Shown: positions 32,350 through 42,893 of the stretch, piece after piece
How positions within the stretch are numbered: position 1 is the stretch's first letter
How the letters are laid out: every line of letters begins with the position of its first letter
NCBI GenBank assembly: GCA_030867685.1
Contig: JAQOWU010000001.1
Location: 620,001-684,000 of the forward strand
Length of the DNA stretch: 64,000 nucleotides
DNA from: Wickerhamiella versatilis
Taxonomy: Eukaryota
Reading direction: 5' to 3'
Program-made: the position numbers and the translations under genes
The notes under the pieces: model-generated
Told to the model about the DNA's origin: nothing
Databases searched by the model: none
The model's input: the letters and a program-made list of their open reading frames with translations, nothing else

Positions 32350-33444
32350 ATGGAGTACGAGCTGGGCCTCATTGAGGTCCCTCTCGAATCGCAGAGATTG
32401 GTTCTTAAAAAACTAAGGCTCGGCATAGAGAAGGAACTTCATGCTCTGAAAAGTGTTAAAGATCATGATCATGCGGTGAGGCGCATTTCGAAGCTAAAGG
32501 GGCGTTTGCAATCCCTAAAAGCCGAATACACGCGGGGATGCGCTCAATTGAAAGCTCGTGCGAATTTTCTCATGCGCATGCAGAATATGCTTGCTTCCAA
32601 TGATCCTGAAATTGTAAGAGCTGCAGTCAGCAGCCACTTGGATGTCCTTATTTGCGACTACCTCCTGAGCCGTGGACACACTCATGCGGCTGAGTTGCTT
32701 GCCGAGGATAACCACATTGAAGATCTGGTCGATTTCGATTTATATCGTCAGGAAGCCATGATAGTCACCTCTCTGGCATCGGGTGATACGCAGACTGCTC
32801 TAAAGTGGTGTCACGACAATCAGGCGTACCTCAAGAAGTTTCGCAGCCCGCTTGAGTTCGAACTCCGCCTTTATGAATTCGAAAAACTTGCTGCAAGTTC
32901 CCCGATGGAAGCCGTAATTTATTCCCGTACACATCTTGCTAAGGTTTCTGATCTCCACATAGCCAAGCTTGTGGCCGCTGCCGGTGCACTGGTGCGACCA
33001 CCCAACCTTGAGAAACATACCTCAAGTGTAATACAGCTCTTTCAGGAGACCTTTAAGGAAATGCATGGCCGCCCTGCCCCTCTGCTCATGGGTCGCATTG
33101 GCCTGGGACTTGCTGCCATGAGGACCCGTACGTGTTCACATGGAGGATATGAAGCGGTATCAAGAAAGGCCCCGAAACCAACAATTGCTGCATTTGATTT
33201 CCAGCGTGCCCGGAGCTGTCCGGCTTGCTCTAATGAACTCGGTAAGCTAGCTGAGGCTGTGCCTTATGCTCAACATTGGAAAAATGTACTTGAGCACGAC
33301 CCTGTAGTACTTCCCAACGGCTATGCATATAGTCGAGAGAAATTAATACGATTCAGTCGTTCAGCGAATACAGATAAGATTGTGGACCCGATGACTTTAG
33401 AGTTATTCGAAAATGGCGAGGCAGAAAAGATATTTCCGCTCTAG
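32350..33444 (+). CDS. FYV10: GID/CTLH complex subunit Fyv10 (MAEA)
   Basis: LisH (ICDYLLSRGH), CTLH (ALKWCHDN..LKK..SPLEFELR), CPAC, PVVLPNG. Confidence 0.85.
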   Translation: MEYELGLIEVPLESQRLVLKKLRLGIEKELHALKSVKDHDHAVRRISKLKGRLQSLKAEYTRGCAQLKARANFLMRMQNMLASNDPEIVRAAVSSHLDVLICDYLLSRGHTHAAELLAEDNHIEDLVDFDLYRQEAMIVTSLASGDTQTALKWCHDNQAYLKKFRSPLEFELRLYEFEKLAASSPMEAVIYSRTHLAKVSDLHIAKLVAAAGALVRPPNLEKHTSSVIQLFQETFKEMHGRPAPLLMGRIGLGLAAMRTRTCSHGGYEAVSRKAPKPTIAAFDFQRARSCPACSNELGKLAEAVPYAQHWKNVLEHDPVVLPNGYAYSREKLIRFSRSANTDKIVDPMTLELFENGEAEKIFPL

Positions 33445-33597
33445 TCTGGATAATTTGGTATCAATAAATAGAACAGCGACCAGTTATTCTCCGAAAGATA
33501 CTTTTTAACTGTATTACGTATGAAAAAAATATGAAAAAATGCTTAAATATATTACGGCCTAACTAAAATATAATGAATTGATTTTATGACTGAATAT

Positions 33598-34308
33598 TCA
33601 ATCGATTGTATCTACCAGAACTACCTCCGAATCTTCAAGAGCAGTCACTTTTAAGACATCAGTATCCTTTATCGCTGCACCATCTCTTGCATTCACCACC
33701 ACATTCCCAATTTCCACTTTACCAGCAGCCGGAACGAGATATGCAAGGTGCTTGGGACCTAATGGGAATTCAATTGTTTGTCCCTTATTGATGGTAGCTC
33801 CTGCAACACGTCCATCGGTATGTAACTCGATTGCATCCTTATCATCCTCGAAGCCACTGGCGAAGATTTCAAATCTGTTCGCACGGTCACCCTTTGGGAA
33901 ACGTCGCTGCTCAAAAGATGCTGGGTGTCCCCGAGTGGTAGGTGTGATCCATATCTGGAAGAACCTGCTATCTGTATCTTCCAGATTATATTCGCTATGT
34001 ACAACTCCAGTCCCTGCAGTCATAACTTGCACATCACCGGCAGCCGTTCGACCCACGTTGCCTAAATGATCGCCATGGGAAATGGCACCTTTATAAACGT
34101 ACGATATGATTTCCATATTAGCATGGGGGTGGGCACCAAATCCTCTTTTAGCGGAGACAATATCATCATTCCAAACGCGTAGTTTACCCCAATTAAGACG
34201 CTTGGGGTCGAAGTAATCCGCGAAACTGAAATGATGGTGGGTATCCAACCAGCCGTAGTTTGCCGAACCAAGTTGCGAAAAAGGTCGCAATTCAACCTTC
34301 GAGCTCAT
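33598..34308 (-). CDS. Pirin/YhhW-type cupin (quercetinase-like), bacterial type
   Basis: GWLDTHHHFSFADYFDP, LRVWNDD, HPHANMEIISYV, GDVQVMTAGTGVVHSEYN; start MSSKVELRPF. Confidence 0.9.
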   Translation of the reverse strand: MSSKVELRPFSQLGSANYGWLDTHHHFSFADYFDPKRLNWGKLRVWNDDIVSAKRGFGAHPHANMEIISYVYKGAISHGDHLGNVGRTAAGDVQVMTAGTGVVHSEYNLEDTDSRFFQIWITPTTRGHPASFEQRRFPKGDRANRFEIFASGFEDDKDAIELHTDGRVAGATINKGQTIEFPLGPKHLAYLVPAAGKVEIGNVVVNARDGAAIKDTDVLKVTALEDSEVVLVDTID

Positions 34309-34965
34309 CAGGTGTATTAGTTTAATTTTTGGGTGCACTAACATCCGTAAATAAGAAACCGCATATATATAGTTCTCCTACCTAAGCTTATGCAATTCAT
34401 TGTCTCGTATGGGATTAATTATGATAAGATTTTCCATCTTGGACTGGAACCTCAAGAAGCTAAAAAGTCATTCTATTAGAACCCAGTCTCAGTTAGTGCT
34501 TGTTTTTCTAAAATTAACCTAAAACCCCTTATTTGAGCCCTTCTTACGCGTTTGGCAGTGTCTACGGATCAGCGTGATCTCAGCGAATGACATCATATAT
34601 CGGAGCACCGATTTGATTTAGATCAGCAGATTCGACCTTTCACATCTGAAACCATTACGAGTGGTTAAGGAAAAAGGAATACTGGCAGGATGGGGACCAT
34701 AGTATGCATAAATTGACAGATAAGGTGATATATACGTAAATCTTATATGCATATAGATATATATTATAGAAGGTTAACAGCAATATCCAAGCAATTACTG
34801 CAATAATAGAAGTTCAGTCAACGACTCTATTTAGAACATTTAACTTGAGTCTTTTTGATATATATTGACTACCAACACAATTACACAATCTAATTAACTA
34901 ACATATGAAGAGGTAGTGAATATGCTGACCGCCAGCATGTTTACAGTTAAATTAGGTATAAAAAT

Positions 34966-35793
34966 TCATTCAGAGTCTGATTGATCCTTTTTCTGTCGTT
35001 TTGCACCCGTGCTTGTCTCAGTTGTGAAAACATACGACCTGGCTGGTCTTTTAGCCTGGGGCTTTGATGTAGATGCATTGGCCTTGTTCGTGAGTTGATG
35101 GTGATATCCCTCATAAAGATCCCAGGCGAAGTGTGTAGAGTATCTCAATTGCAGGCCTTGGGTGCGGCCAAGTCGTTTAAGACACCATGAATCGTATGGT
35201 TCTCCTTCGAATAAGCTCACAACGATGTCGCAATGCTGTACCAACTCTTTTGCCTCATGGAAGAACGAAACCATTAAATTCTGATGTTGGGTTATATTGC
35301 GGTCCCTGTCGCTGATTGAGTTTCCCAAGTGAGGAAAGTTGAAAACAAATACTATTTTCTGCTTGTACCCTCGATTTGCGAGAACCTGGCGAAGCTTTTT
35401 GTACCTTGTCATCTTAGTGGCATCAATTCCATGGAGCACCCCAAGTACTCGTGGGTCTGATTCCAGATAGCTGAGATTTTTTGCTGCACTCGTCTCATAT
35501 CTTTTTTCCACCTCCTCGCGGGTGTCTAAGCCTGTGGCTATAACATAGTCACAAAGACAGTTTTCAACAATAGATTTTGCAAAACCAAAATCACCCTCGC
35601 CTATAAGCACCACTAAATCCTCTGGAGCCCAGGGTTGGCTAGGCGGCCTGGCAGGACCCGCGGTTTTAGACTTCTTTGCCTTGTTGAAAGGGTTAGACTC
35701 ACCGGCCTTACGCTTTGCTGCCAGTTTAGCCTCAGAAGAAGCCTTGGAACGCTGCAGAGCCGCCTTGAGGCCGTGGTGTTTGGCCCTAGCCAT
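34966..35793 (-). CDS. BMT5: 25S rRNA uridine-N3 methyltransferase (DUF2431)
   Basis: LIGEGDFGFA, HGIDAT, FNFPHLG, LFEGEPYDSW. Confidence 0.88.
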   Translation of the reverse strand: MARAKHHGLKAALQRSKASSEAKLAAKRKAGESNPFNKAKKSKTAGPARPPSQPWAPEDLVVLIGEGDFGFAKSIVENCLCDYVIATGLDTREEVEKRYETSAAKNLSYLESDPRVLGVLHGIDATKMTRYKKLRQVLANRGYKQKIVFVFNFPHLGNSISDRDRNITQHQNLMVSFFHEAKELVQHCDIVVSLFEGEPYDSWCLKRLGRTQGLQLRYSTHFAWDLYEGYHHQLTNKANASTSKPQAKRPARSYVFTTETSTGAKRQKKDQSDSE

Positions 35794-36224
35794 TTCTTCA
35801 CACCTAAGTCACGTGATAAATATGGATTCTTAACGGGACACTGGGCTACCAAGGTCTAAACTAGTGCATATACACCGAACTGCACCTAAACTATAGAGAA
35901 ATTATAATAGGTTTTAATCCTCGTTTGATGCAAGCAACACAACCCCAAAGGCCCGCACAAACACGAGGTTGGGTGTGGATTTGTGAAGCCTCAGCGCTGA
36001 CTTGTGGGCGCTGGAACTGCTCCACGCCAATAATGCGTTAACAACTAGCTCGATAACTCCTAATTATACACAAAAGAAAAATTCAATTCCGGATATCGTC
36101 AAACATACTCTCTTATTGGCATCTCTGATCCATATGCAATCTGTATTCTCTCGAACATTACTAACCGACATAAACGAGCTACAATATATAGAGCCAGGAA
36201 AATCCGATTGTCGACGCGATTAAG

Positions 36225-37199
36225 ATGGATATGCATACACGAATGAAGAATATGCTGCTTGAGCAGCAAGCGCGTATAGTCTCGTCTCTTGAGGCTCTGG
36301 ACCCTTCGACAAAATTCTTTATAGATAACTGGGATCGTCCTGATGGAAATGGTGGGGGTGTTAGTGCTGTAATTGAAAAAGGCGAAGTTATTGAGCGAGG
36401 TGCTGCAAACATATCCTACATTGCCGGGGTTATTCCCAAGGCAGGTATTCTTAAAATGCGCGAAAACCATGCTTCCATGAGTGGACCTGGAATTCCTGAT
36501 AATTTGCCGTTTCGTGTTGCAGGATTGAGTCTTATTATGCATCCTGTGAATCCGTTTGCGCCCACTGTTCATTTGAATTACCGCTATTTTGAGACCCAGA
36601 ATGAGGATGGCACACCGTTGTCTTGGTGGTTTGGAGGTGGCTCGGATCTCACTCCTTACTATCTCATAGAGGAGGATGCCGTGGCTTTTCACCAGATACT
36701 GAAAAATGTATGCGATAAATACAGTCCTAAATATTATCCTGAGTTTAAGGGATGGTGCGATCGCTACTTCTTCAATCATCACCGTGGGGAGTCTCGTGGC
36801 ATTGGTGGGATCTTTTTTGATGACCTCGATGGCCCAGATCCCATGCCCATCTTTGAGTTCTGCAGAGATGCTCTTTCTTCTTTCGTCGACATATATGTGC
36901 CAATCCTTAAGAACCGTATGAGCAAGCCCTACACACCGGAAGAAAAAGAGTGGCAGGAAATTCGCCGGGGTCGTTATGTGGAATTCAATCTAGTGCATGA
37001 CCGGGGAACTGCCTTTGGGTTGCAAACCCCTGGGGCCCGCATTGAAAGCATTCTAGTCTCGATGCCACTCCGAGCCCAATGGCGCTACGATTACCACCCC
37101 CCTCCAGGATCCCCAGAGGACACGCTGGTGAAGACGTTGCACTCGACTAGGGACTGGGCAGCTGAGCCCCAGTCGACTTATAATGTTACTGTGAAATAA
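36225..37199 (+). CDS. HEM13: Oxygen-dependent coproporphyrinogen III oxidase
   Basis: HPVNPFAPTVHLNYRYFE, WWFGGGSDLTP, RRGRYVEFNL.HDRGT.FGL. Confidence 0.97.
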   Translation: MDMHTRMKNMLLEQQARIVSSLEALDPSTKFFIDNWDRPDGNGGGVSAVIEKGEVIERGAANISYIAGVIPKAGILKMRENHASMSGPGIPDNLPFRVAGLSLIMHPVNPFAPTVHLNYRYFETQNEDGTPLSWWFGGGSDLTPYYLIEEDAVAFHQILKNVCDKYSPKYYPEFKGWCDRYFFNHHRGESRGIGGIFFDDLDGPDPMPIFEFCRDALSSFVDIYVPILKNRMSKPYTPEEKEWQEIRRGRYVEFNLVHDRGTAFGLQTPGARIESILVSMPLRAQWRYDYHPPPGSPEDTLVKTLHSTRDWAAEPQSTYNVTVK

Positions 37200-37281
37200 T
37201 TTAATGCAGTGACGTGTCTCGCCGAACCAGCGAGTAAAAGACAAATAGCAGTTTCCCAAACCCCCTCGGGACAGATTATGG

Positions 37282-37479
37282 CTATCTCCCCATACGCTGC
37301 TTCAAGACTTCAGGCTTCGGACAGCTCGGATTGGTAGCGTCATTTCCGTTGCGCTCATAGAACCGCCAGCAGCAATCGTAAAGACTTGTGATCTCCTCCA
37401 AACATTTGGAGTCGTCAAATGAGTGTAATTTCAGACAGTCCTGGATGGCACATGCACGTTGGCGACATGCATTTGGCAT
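37282..37479 (-). CDS. CMC4: Twin Cx9C protein (Cmc4/MTCP1 family)
   Basis: C...ACAIQDCL...DDSKC...I.SLYDCC..FY...CP. Confidence 0.85.
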   Translation of the reverse strand: MPNACRQRACAIQDCLKLHSFDDSKCLEEITSLYDCCWRFYERNGNDATNPSCPKPEVLKQRMGR

Positions 37480-37968
37480 CTTGTGAACGCCGCGCTACTT
37501 TTACCGGACCGGGATATTCTCCTGCAGGATTATTGACGTAGCTAACCCGAACCCAGAGATATGAAATATCCCTGTTGGCCACAGTAAATATGGTATTATC
37601 TTTTTTCCATCTAGGAAATTAGACTTTCTCTATATTCCCTAAATTAAAACAAATGCCCCATTATTCGCACGGCAATATATTACAAGGACGTGTTTTGTAT
37701 TACATCATAAGTAAACGTCATGATTTGATAACATGTTTGTAGTGATGATTCCGAGACACATGTGCACGGAAATCTAAGCTTGGAAACTTCGACCCTGCTA
37801 GATCAAACGAGTTTACTCTGTTATTCTATGTAATAAAGCCGCAGGTGCGTCAACTCTGTTTGGGAGCTGAACGAGGTTATATACTATACCCTAACATCGA
37901 GCATATTGCTGTCAGCTCATAAGAGCGATGGTGTTCCCCAATTACGTTTCAAGACCATTACAAAAAAA

Positions 37969-39105
37969 ATGCCTACTCCTCAAGAGAGACTTGCTCAGTT
38001 GCGTGGAAATCAAGACGCACCAGCATCGGTAGCATCCAAATATAACAAAAGGTTCCGTGTAGGTGTCATTGGTTCTGGTAACTGGGGTACGGCAGTCGCG
38101 AAGATTGTCGCCGAAAACTGCCTGGAAAAGCCATATTTGTTCCACCGTGATGTGAAGATGTGGGTTCGTGAGGAAGAGGTCTCTGACATGAAGCTGACGG
38201 ACATCATTAATTCCTACCATGAGAACGTGAAGTACTTGCCGGAGGTAACTCTGCCATTTAATCTGTTTGCTGAGCCAGACATTCGCAAGGTTGCTGATGG
38301 TGCAGACCTGCTGGTTATCAATCTGCCCCACCAGTTCTTGGGGTCAGTATGCGACCAGATGAAGGGCATCGACTTCTCTAAGTCCTCAGCCATTTCTTGT
38401 CTAAAGGGTATCAATGTATCTGCAGATGGTGTGGAGCTTCTTCATGATGTCGTGGAAAAGAAGCTTGGCTTGCATTGCGGTGTCCTGAGTGGTGCGAATA
38501 TTGCGTCCGAGGTGGCCCGTGAACGTTGGTCTGAGACCACCATTGCCTTCCCATTGCCTTCGTGGTACCAGCAGGGCGATGCTGATGAGAATCTTATCAA
38601 GGAGTTGTTCTACAGGCCCTATTTCCATGTCCAAGTATCAGATGATGTGTGTGGTGCGTCAATTAGCGGTGCACTTAAGAACGTGGTCGCTCTTGGCGCA
38701 GGTCTTGTTGAGGGCGCAGGCTGGGGTGATAATGCCAAGGCTGCTGTCATGCGTCGTGGCTTGCTCGAAATGATCAAGTTCGGTAACGTTTTCTTCCCAG
38801 GTAAGTGCCGCCCAGAGACCTTCACCACTGAATCGGCAGGTGTGGCCGATTTGATCACCTCGTGTGCTGGTGGACGTAACGTCAAGGTTGGACGTGCATT
38901 TGCTCGTACAGGCAAGCCACTTGAGGTCATCGAGAAGGAGCTCCTGAACGGCCAGTCAGCCCAGGGTATTATCACCGGACGTGAGGTGATGGAGCTTCTA
39001 ACGGCAACCAAGAAGGAGGACGAGTTCCCTCTGCTCGGTGCTATTTACGATATTGTGCATAACAAGTTGCACATCTCAAATCTGCCAGAGCGGATCGCAG
39101 ACTAA
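37969..39105 (+). CDS. GPD1: NAD-dependent glycerol-3-phosphate dehydrogenase, copy 1
   Basis: VIGSGNWGTAVAK, GALKNVVALGAG, GVADLITSC.GGRN, LLNGQSAQG; ATG at 37969. Confidence 0.93.
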   Translation: MPTPQERLAQLRGNQDAPASVASKYNKRFRVGVIGSGNWGTAVAKIVAENCLEKPYLFHRDVKMWVREEEVSDMKLTDIINSYHENVKYLPEVTLPFNLFAEPDIRKVADGADLLVINLPHQFLGSVCDQMKGIDFSKSSAISCLKGINVSADGVELLHDVVEKKLGLHCGVLSGANIASEVARERWSETTIAFPLPSWYQQGDADENLIKELFYRPYFHVQVSDDVCGASISGALKNVVALGAGLVEGAGWGDNAKAAVMRRGLLEMIKFGNVFFPGKCRPETFTTESAGVADLITSCAGGRNVKVGRAFARTGKPLEVIEKELLNGQSAQGIITGREVMELLTATKKEDEFPLLGAIYDIVHNKLHISNLPERIAD

Positions 39106-39363
39106 GAACTCTATATATAAAAGATTAAAAAAGTCACAGGTTCTAGCTACAAACACGGAATAAGTCAAATTTTTCTCTGCCCCCAAAATAATGGTCCAAC
39201 AGACTCGGAATTCAGGTTTTATTTTGGTGGCTGCATGATCGGGTAAAATCGGCCGAATACATTAGGTAGACCCCTATGTCGTCACTACCCTTGCCCAATC
39301 CGAAAAGACATAAGGGTGGGGAGATACCAACCCGACTTCATAATCAGAACTAATTGATACAAA

Positions 39364-40500
39364 ATGGTTTCTACAGCTCTTGAGAGACTACAAGCATTGC
39401 AAGGGAGCTTGCGGGCAGTTGACAATGTTGCTAAAAACTATCGTAAGAAGTTTCGGATAGCCGTTATTGGCTCAGGCAACTGGGGTACTGCCGTTGCAAA
39501 GATCGTGGCCGAGAATGCGGCTGAGAAGAAGTCGTTGTTCGAGCACGAGGTTCGTATGTGGGTACGTCAGGAGAAAGTTGGTGATATGAATCTCACAGAT
39601 ATCATCAACCTGCATCACGAAAATGTTAGATACCTCCCAGAGGTGAGGCTTCCTGATAACCTTGTTGCTGATCCCGAAATTCGAAACGTTGCTGAGGGTG
39701 CGGACCTCCTAGTTTTTAACCTGCCTCACCAGTTCCTAGGGTCAGTCTGCGATCAGATGAAGGGAATCGACTTCTCTAGATCCTCCGCGATATCATGCCT
39801 CAAAGGTCTCAATGTCTCTGCACAGGGTGTGGAGCTTCTTAGCAATGTTGTTGAGGAAAAATTGGGCCTTCATTGTGGTGTTTTGAGCGGTGCCAACATC
39901 GCCTCCGAGGTGGCCCGTGAGAAATGGTGTGAAACCACTGTGGCCTACCCGTTACCTAAGTGGTATAAGCCAGGCGAAATTGATGAAGACCTCATTAAGG
40001 CGCTCTTCCACCGACCTTATTTCCATGTGCAGGTATCCTCAGACACTGCAGGTGTTTCCATTGGTGGTGCGCTGAAGAACGTGGTGGCCATTGGAGCTGG
40101 TCTTGTGGAAGGTGCAGGTTGGGGTGACAATGCCAAAGCTGCTGTCATGCGACGTGGAATTCTTGAGATGATCAAGTTTGGCGTAACGTTTTTCCCTGGA
40201 ACTCTCCCAGAGACCTTTACGAACGAGTCCGCCGGTGTTGCCGATCTAATCACGTCATGTGCAGGAGGTCGCAACGTGAAGGTTGGTCGCGCATTTGCTC
40301 GTACCGGTAAGCCTCTGGAGGAAATCGAGAAAGAACTTCTGAATGGACAATCTGCCCAGGGAATAATTACAGCCCGTGAAGTACATGAGCTCCTGAGTGA
40401 AAAGAACATGCTTAACGAATTTCCACTTCTTGTTGCTATCTACGAAGTAGCTCATGGAAAGTTGCATATATCCCAACTTCCTGATCGCATAGCGGACTGA
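39364..40500 (+). CDS. NAD-dependent glycerol-3-phosphate dehydrogenase, tandem copy 2
   Basis: Same motifs; closely similar to the upstream copy. Confidence 0.93.
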   Translation: MVSTALERLQALQGSLRAVDNVAKNYRKKFRIAVIGSGNWGTAVAKIVAENAAEKKSLFEHEVRMWVRQEKVGDMNLTDIINLHHENVRYLPEVRLPDNLVADPEIRNVAEGADLLVFNLPHQFLGSVCDQMKGIDFSRSSAISCLKGLNVSAQGVELLSNVVEEKLGLHCGVLSGANIASEVAREKWCETTVAYPLPKWYKPGEIDEDLIKALFHRPYFHVQVSSDTAGVSIGGALKNVVAIGAGLVEGAGWGDNAKAAVMRRGILEMIKFGVTFFPGTLPETFTNESAGVADLITSCAGGRNVKVGRAFARTGKPLEEIEKELLNGQSAQGIITAREVHELLSEKNMLNEFPLLVAIYEVAHGKLHISQLPDRIAD

Positions 40501-40784
40501 CTTGGAAGTTAGTTAGCCGGAATATTTATAACCTTCCATAGTTTCTTTTACAATATAATTGGGTACAAAGAGTTCGTCCCCCAATACATAGATGAATCCC
40601 AATTACTTGCTATCATTATTCTAGTGTGGCTGGCCTGACTTCGTATTACTAGTGGAAGTGGACGAGCATACGCATCCGTATCCACATACGCATTTTATCA
40701 GAAGCATTACCGACCATAGGGAACAAGCATTGTTTACGTTAAATAAGACATTAAGGAGCAGGGACGGGGAGCCATTACTGTTGT

Positions 40785-41198
40785 TTAAGCTTCCATGTTT
40801 TTCAGGATTTTTTGCTTTATTTCATCGAGTGAAGTACCTGCGGTATGCTTGAACTCGTTGATACCTGCATTTTCCACCCTCCGGGCAGCTTTTCTGGATT
40901 TATGCGGATTAGGCATAGGTACTTTTGAAGGCTCTGATGGCGGCTCTTCAGGTTGCTGTGGAAGCGACTCAAGAAGTTGTTCCATAGAGGCCCCACCAAG
41001 GTTCGAGCGTTGCTTTCGGTTTGCTCTTTTACGGGCAGATTTTGACACAGCACCTATTGGCTTCGCGATGCTCCCTTCTTTCAATTGAGGTGTCGATTTT
41101 TCCTTTCTCACACCATTCAAAGATTTCATGACCTGTGACGAGGCCGCATGGAGCTCCTGCTTCGTGTAACCGCCTTTAGCCACGCGGAGACGACCCAT
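40785..41198 (-). CDS. Small basic protein, possibly ribosome biogenesis factor Slx9/Alb1-like
   Basis: SKSARKRANRK..SNL...MEQLLESLP; PAC-like CTCATC just upstream. Confidence 0.55.
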   Translation of the reverse strand: MGRLRVAKGGYTKQELHAASSQVMKSLNGVRKEKSTPQLKEGSIAKPIGAVSKSARKRANRKQRSNLGGASMEQLLESLPQQPEEPPSEPSKVPMPNPHKSRKAARRVENAGINEFKHTAGTSLDEIKQKILKNMEA

Positions 41199-41250
41199 TA
41201 CAACTTTTTGCCAGAATAAATTTCTTACTCATCAAACTTAATATTTGGAG

Positions 41251-41592
41251 ATGTCTAGCGACAATCCGCGACCGGAGACGCAAAGTGAGCCTGCAGGGCC
41301 TCCTCAGGAACGATTGCAGGGTTCAGAGGATCAGAAAGCCTATTTGGAAGCGCGGAAGTACCTGAAAGATCTTCTTCGTCGCAAGGAAAAAGTGGAAACT
41401 GACCTTGAGAATACCCAGGACGAAATTTACAGGGAAGAGGGTGCTTATTTGATCGAGGCGTCGGCGGGGAATGTGGCCCGGGGTTTCGAATACTACACAA
41501 AGTCAAGCCAGAATCGCAGAAGGTCCACGTTGGTTGAAGGGGACCGAATTTTCTCCCAGAGTGCACGTTCTGGCTTGGATGACCTTGCATAA
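41251..41592 (+). CDS. EAF6: NuA4/NuA3 subunit Eaf6
   Basis: IY..EGAYL, GNVARGFEYY, DRIFSQS. Confidence 0.88.
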   Translation: MSSDNPRPETQSEPAGPPQERLQGSEDQKAYLEARKYLKDLLRRKEKVETDLENTQDEIYREEGAYLIEASAGNVARGFEYYTKSSQNRRRSTLVEGDRIFSQSARSGLDDLA

Positions 41593-41850
41593 CTTGACTA
41601 TTTTTAATTATATTATGACGACTTGTATAACGAATGGTGGATAAACATGAACTGGATGGTATGCACAGTAATGCTGGGCAGGCTTTTATCTGACACTAGT
41701 TCCAGAGATAAGCTTACATCACTAAGGGTTAAAAGAAAAATTCCATAGTAGCTATCTTGTGAAATGACTGGTTTATCGTAGGAGTATTAAGCTACATGTT
41801 TGTGATAAACAGAGTGGACGAGATTACCCTAACCACCACTGTGTGATTCA

Positions 41851-42708
41851 ATGGTTCAACGTGCCGAACCAATAGACGCTGCTGAGAGAAGGGCCAAAAA
41901 ACCCGTGGTGGTATATCCGGTAGGAACTTTACCACTTCCTGATCTCACGCTCCTGAGAAAAGCCCGAGAAACATGTACACAAAGCGGACATGTTGTCGTT
42001 CCTCCTAGAGATGCACGCACTTTCAGGGTTCCTAAGGGGAGCTTTTTCCGCATAACATGCCCCGAGGGTTATCAGGTTGGTGATCTGGATCTTTGGAACG
42101 CTAATGAGCTATCTGAATCTTTCTACTCGGGTAAGACGAGAGCCTTACATGGCACCCACGTCAAAACAGGGGACCAACTCTGGAGTAGCTTTCCCTCTAT
42201 GAGACCAATGGCCACAATAACTGAAGATTCACTAGCTTGGTATGGTTTTGATGAGGATGGTGGAAGTGTGCATGATGTCATAGGTACTCGGTGTGATCCC
42301 TATACCAATCGGATTTTGAGCCAAACTGACTATGACAACTGCTGTCATTCCAATTTAGTGAGAGCTCTATCTCGTGAATTGGGCAAGCCTGCCGTGGAGG
42401 TCGAGCCTTTCGTACATGACGTTTTGAATGTCTTCATGTGTACGGGATTCACAAAAGACACGCATCAGTATTTTATGAAGGCAAGTCCCGTTCGTCCAGG
42501 TGATTTTATCGAGTTATTTGCGGAAATTGACCTGTTAGGAGCACTCAGTGCTTGTCCCGGTGGAGATTGTGGCTCCTCGCATTCTAGTGACTCTGCTGTA
42601 TGCCACCCGCTTGTCGTGGATATATGGACTCCTGATAAGAGTGCACTAGGCCATTGGGAATCACCGGCACGCAGTGCATACCCCCGTACCCATGGGATTG
42701 AAAAGTAG
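41851..42708 (+). CDS. DUF1989 (urea carboxylase-associated family) protein, bacterial type
   Basis: EG.QVGDL, FYSGKTRALHGTH, HDVIGTRCDPY, CCHSNL, HDVLNVFMCTGF, ALSACPGGDC. Confidence 0.85.
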   Translation: MVQRAEPIDAAERRAKKPVVVYPVGTLPLPDLTLLRKARETCTQSGHVVVPPRDARTFRVPKGSFFRITCPEGYQVGDLDLWNANELSESFYSGKTRALHGTHVKTGDQLWSSFPSMRPMATITEDSLAWYGFDEDGGSVHDVIGTRCDPYTNRILSQTDYDNCCHSNLVRALSRELGKPAVEVEPFVHDVLNVFMCTGFTKDTHQYFMKASPVRPGDFIELFAEIDLLGALSACPGGDCGSSHSSDSAVCHPLVVDIWTPDKSALGHWESPARSAYPRTHGIEK

Positions 42709-42893
42709 AAGAACTCTTACGCAAGGATTCTGTTACCACTGGTTAGCATGTATCAGGCAAATAGAATTGGGAAACGAGATTCTCTATAGTGATACACGTT
42801 AGCATAGTCTTATTCTTATACCGTGGTGCCTCTTTACTCCCCTATATTACTGAACCTCTACTGAAAGATTAGTTTGTCATCATCATATAGTGG

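Noticed and set aside
36099-36782. 227-aa antisense ORF over HEM13, and similar shadow ORFs over RPL20, YCP4, GPD and RRP12
   Set aside because: They lie opposite well-conserved genes and have no independent motifs.
40498-40512. Stop-codon readthrough of GPD copy 2 (TGA CTT) to make a PTS1
   Set aside because: Context is not TGA CTA and the extension (LGS) is not an SKL-type signal.
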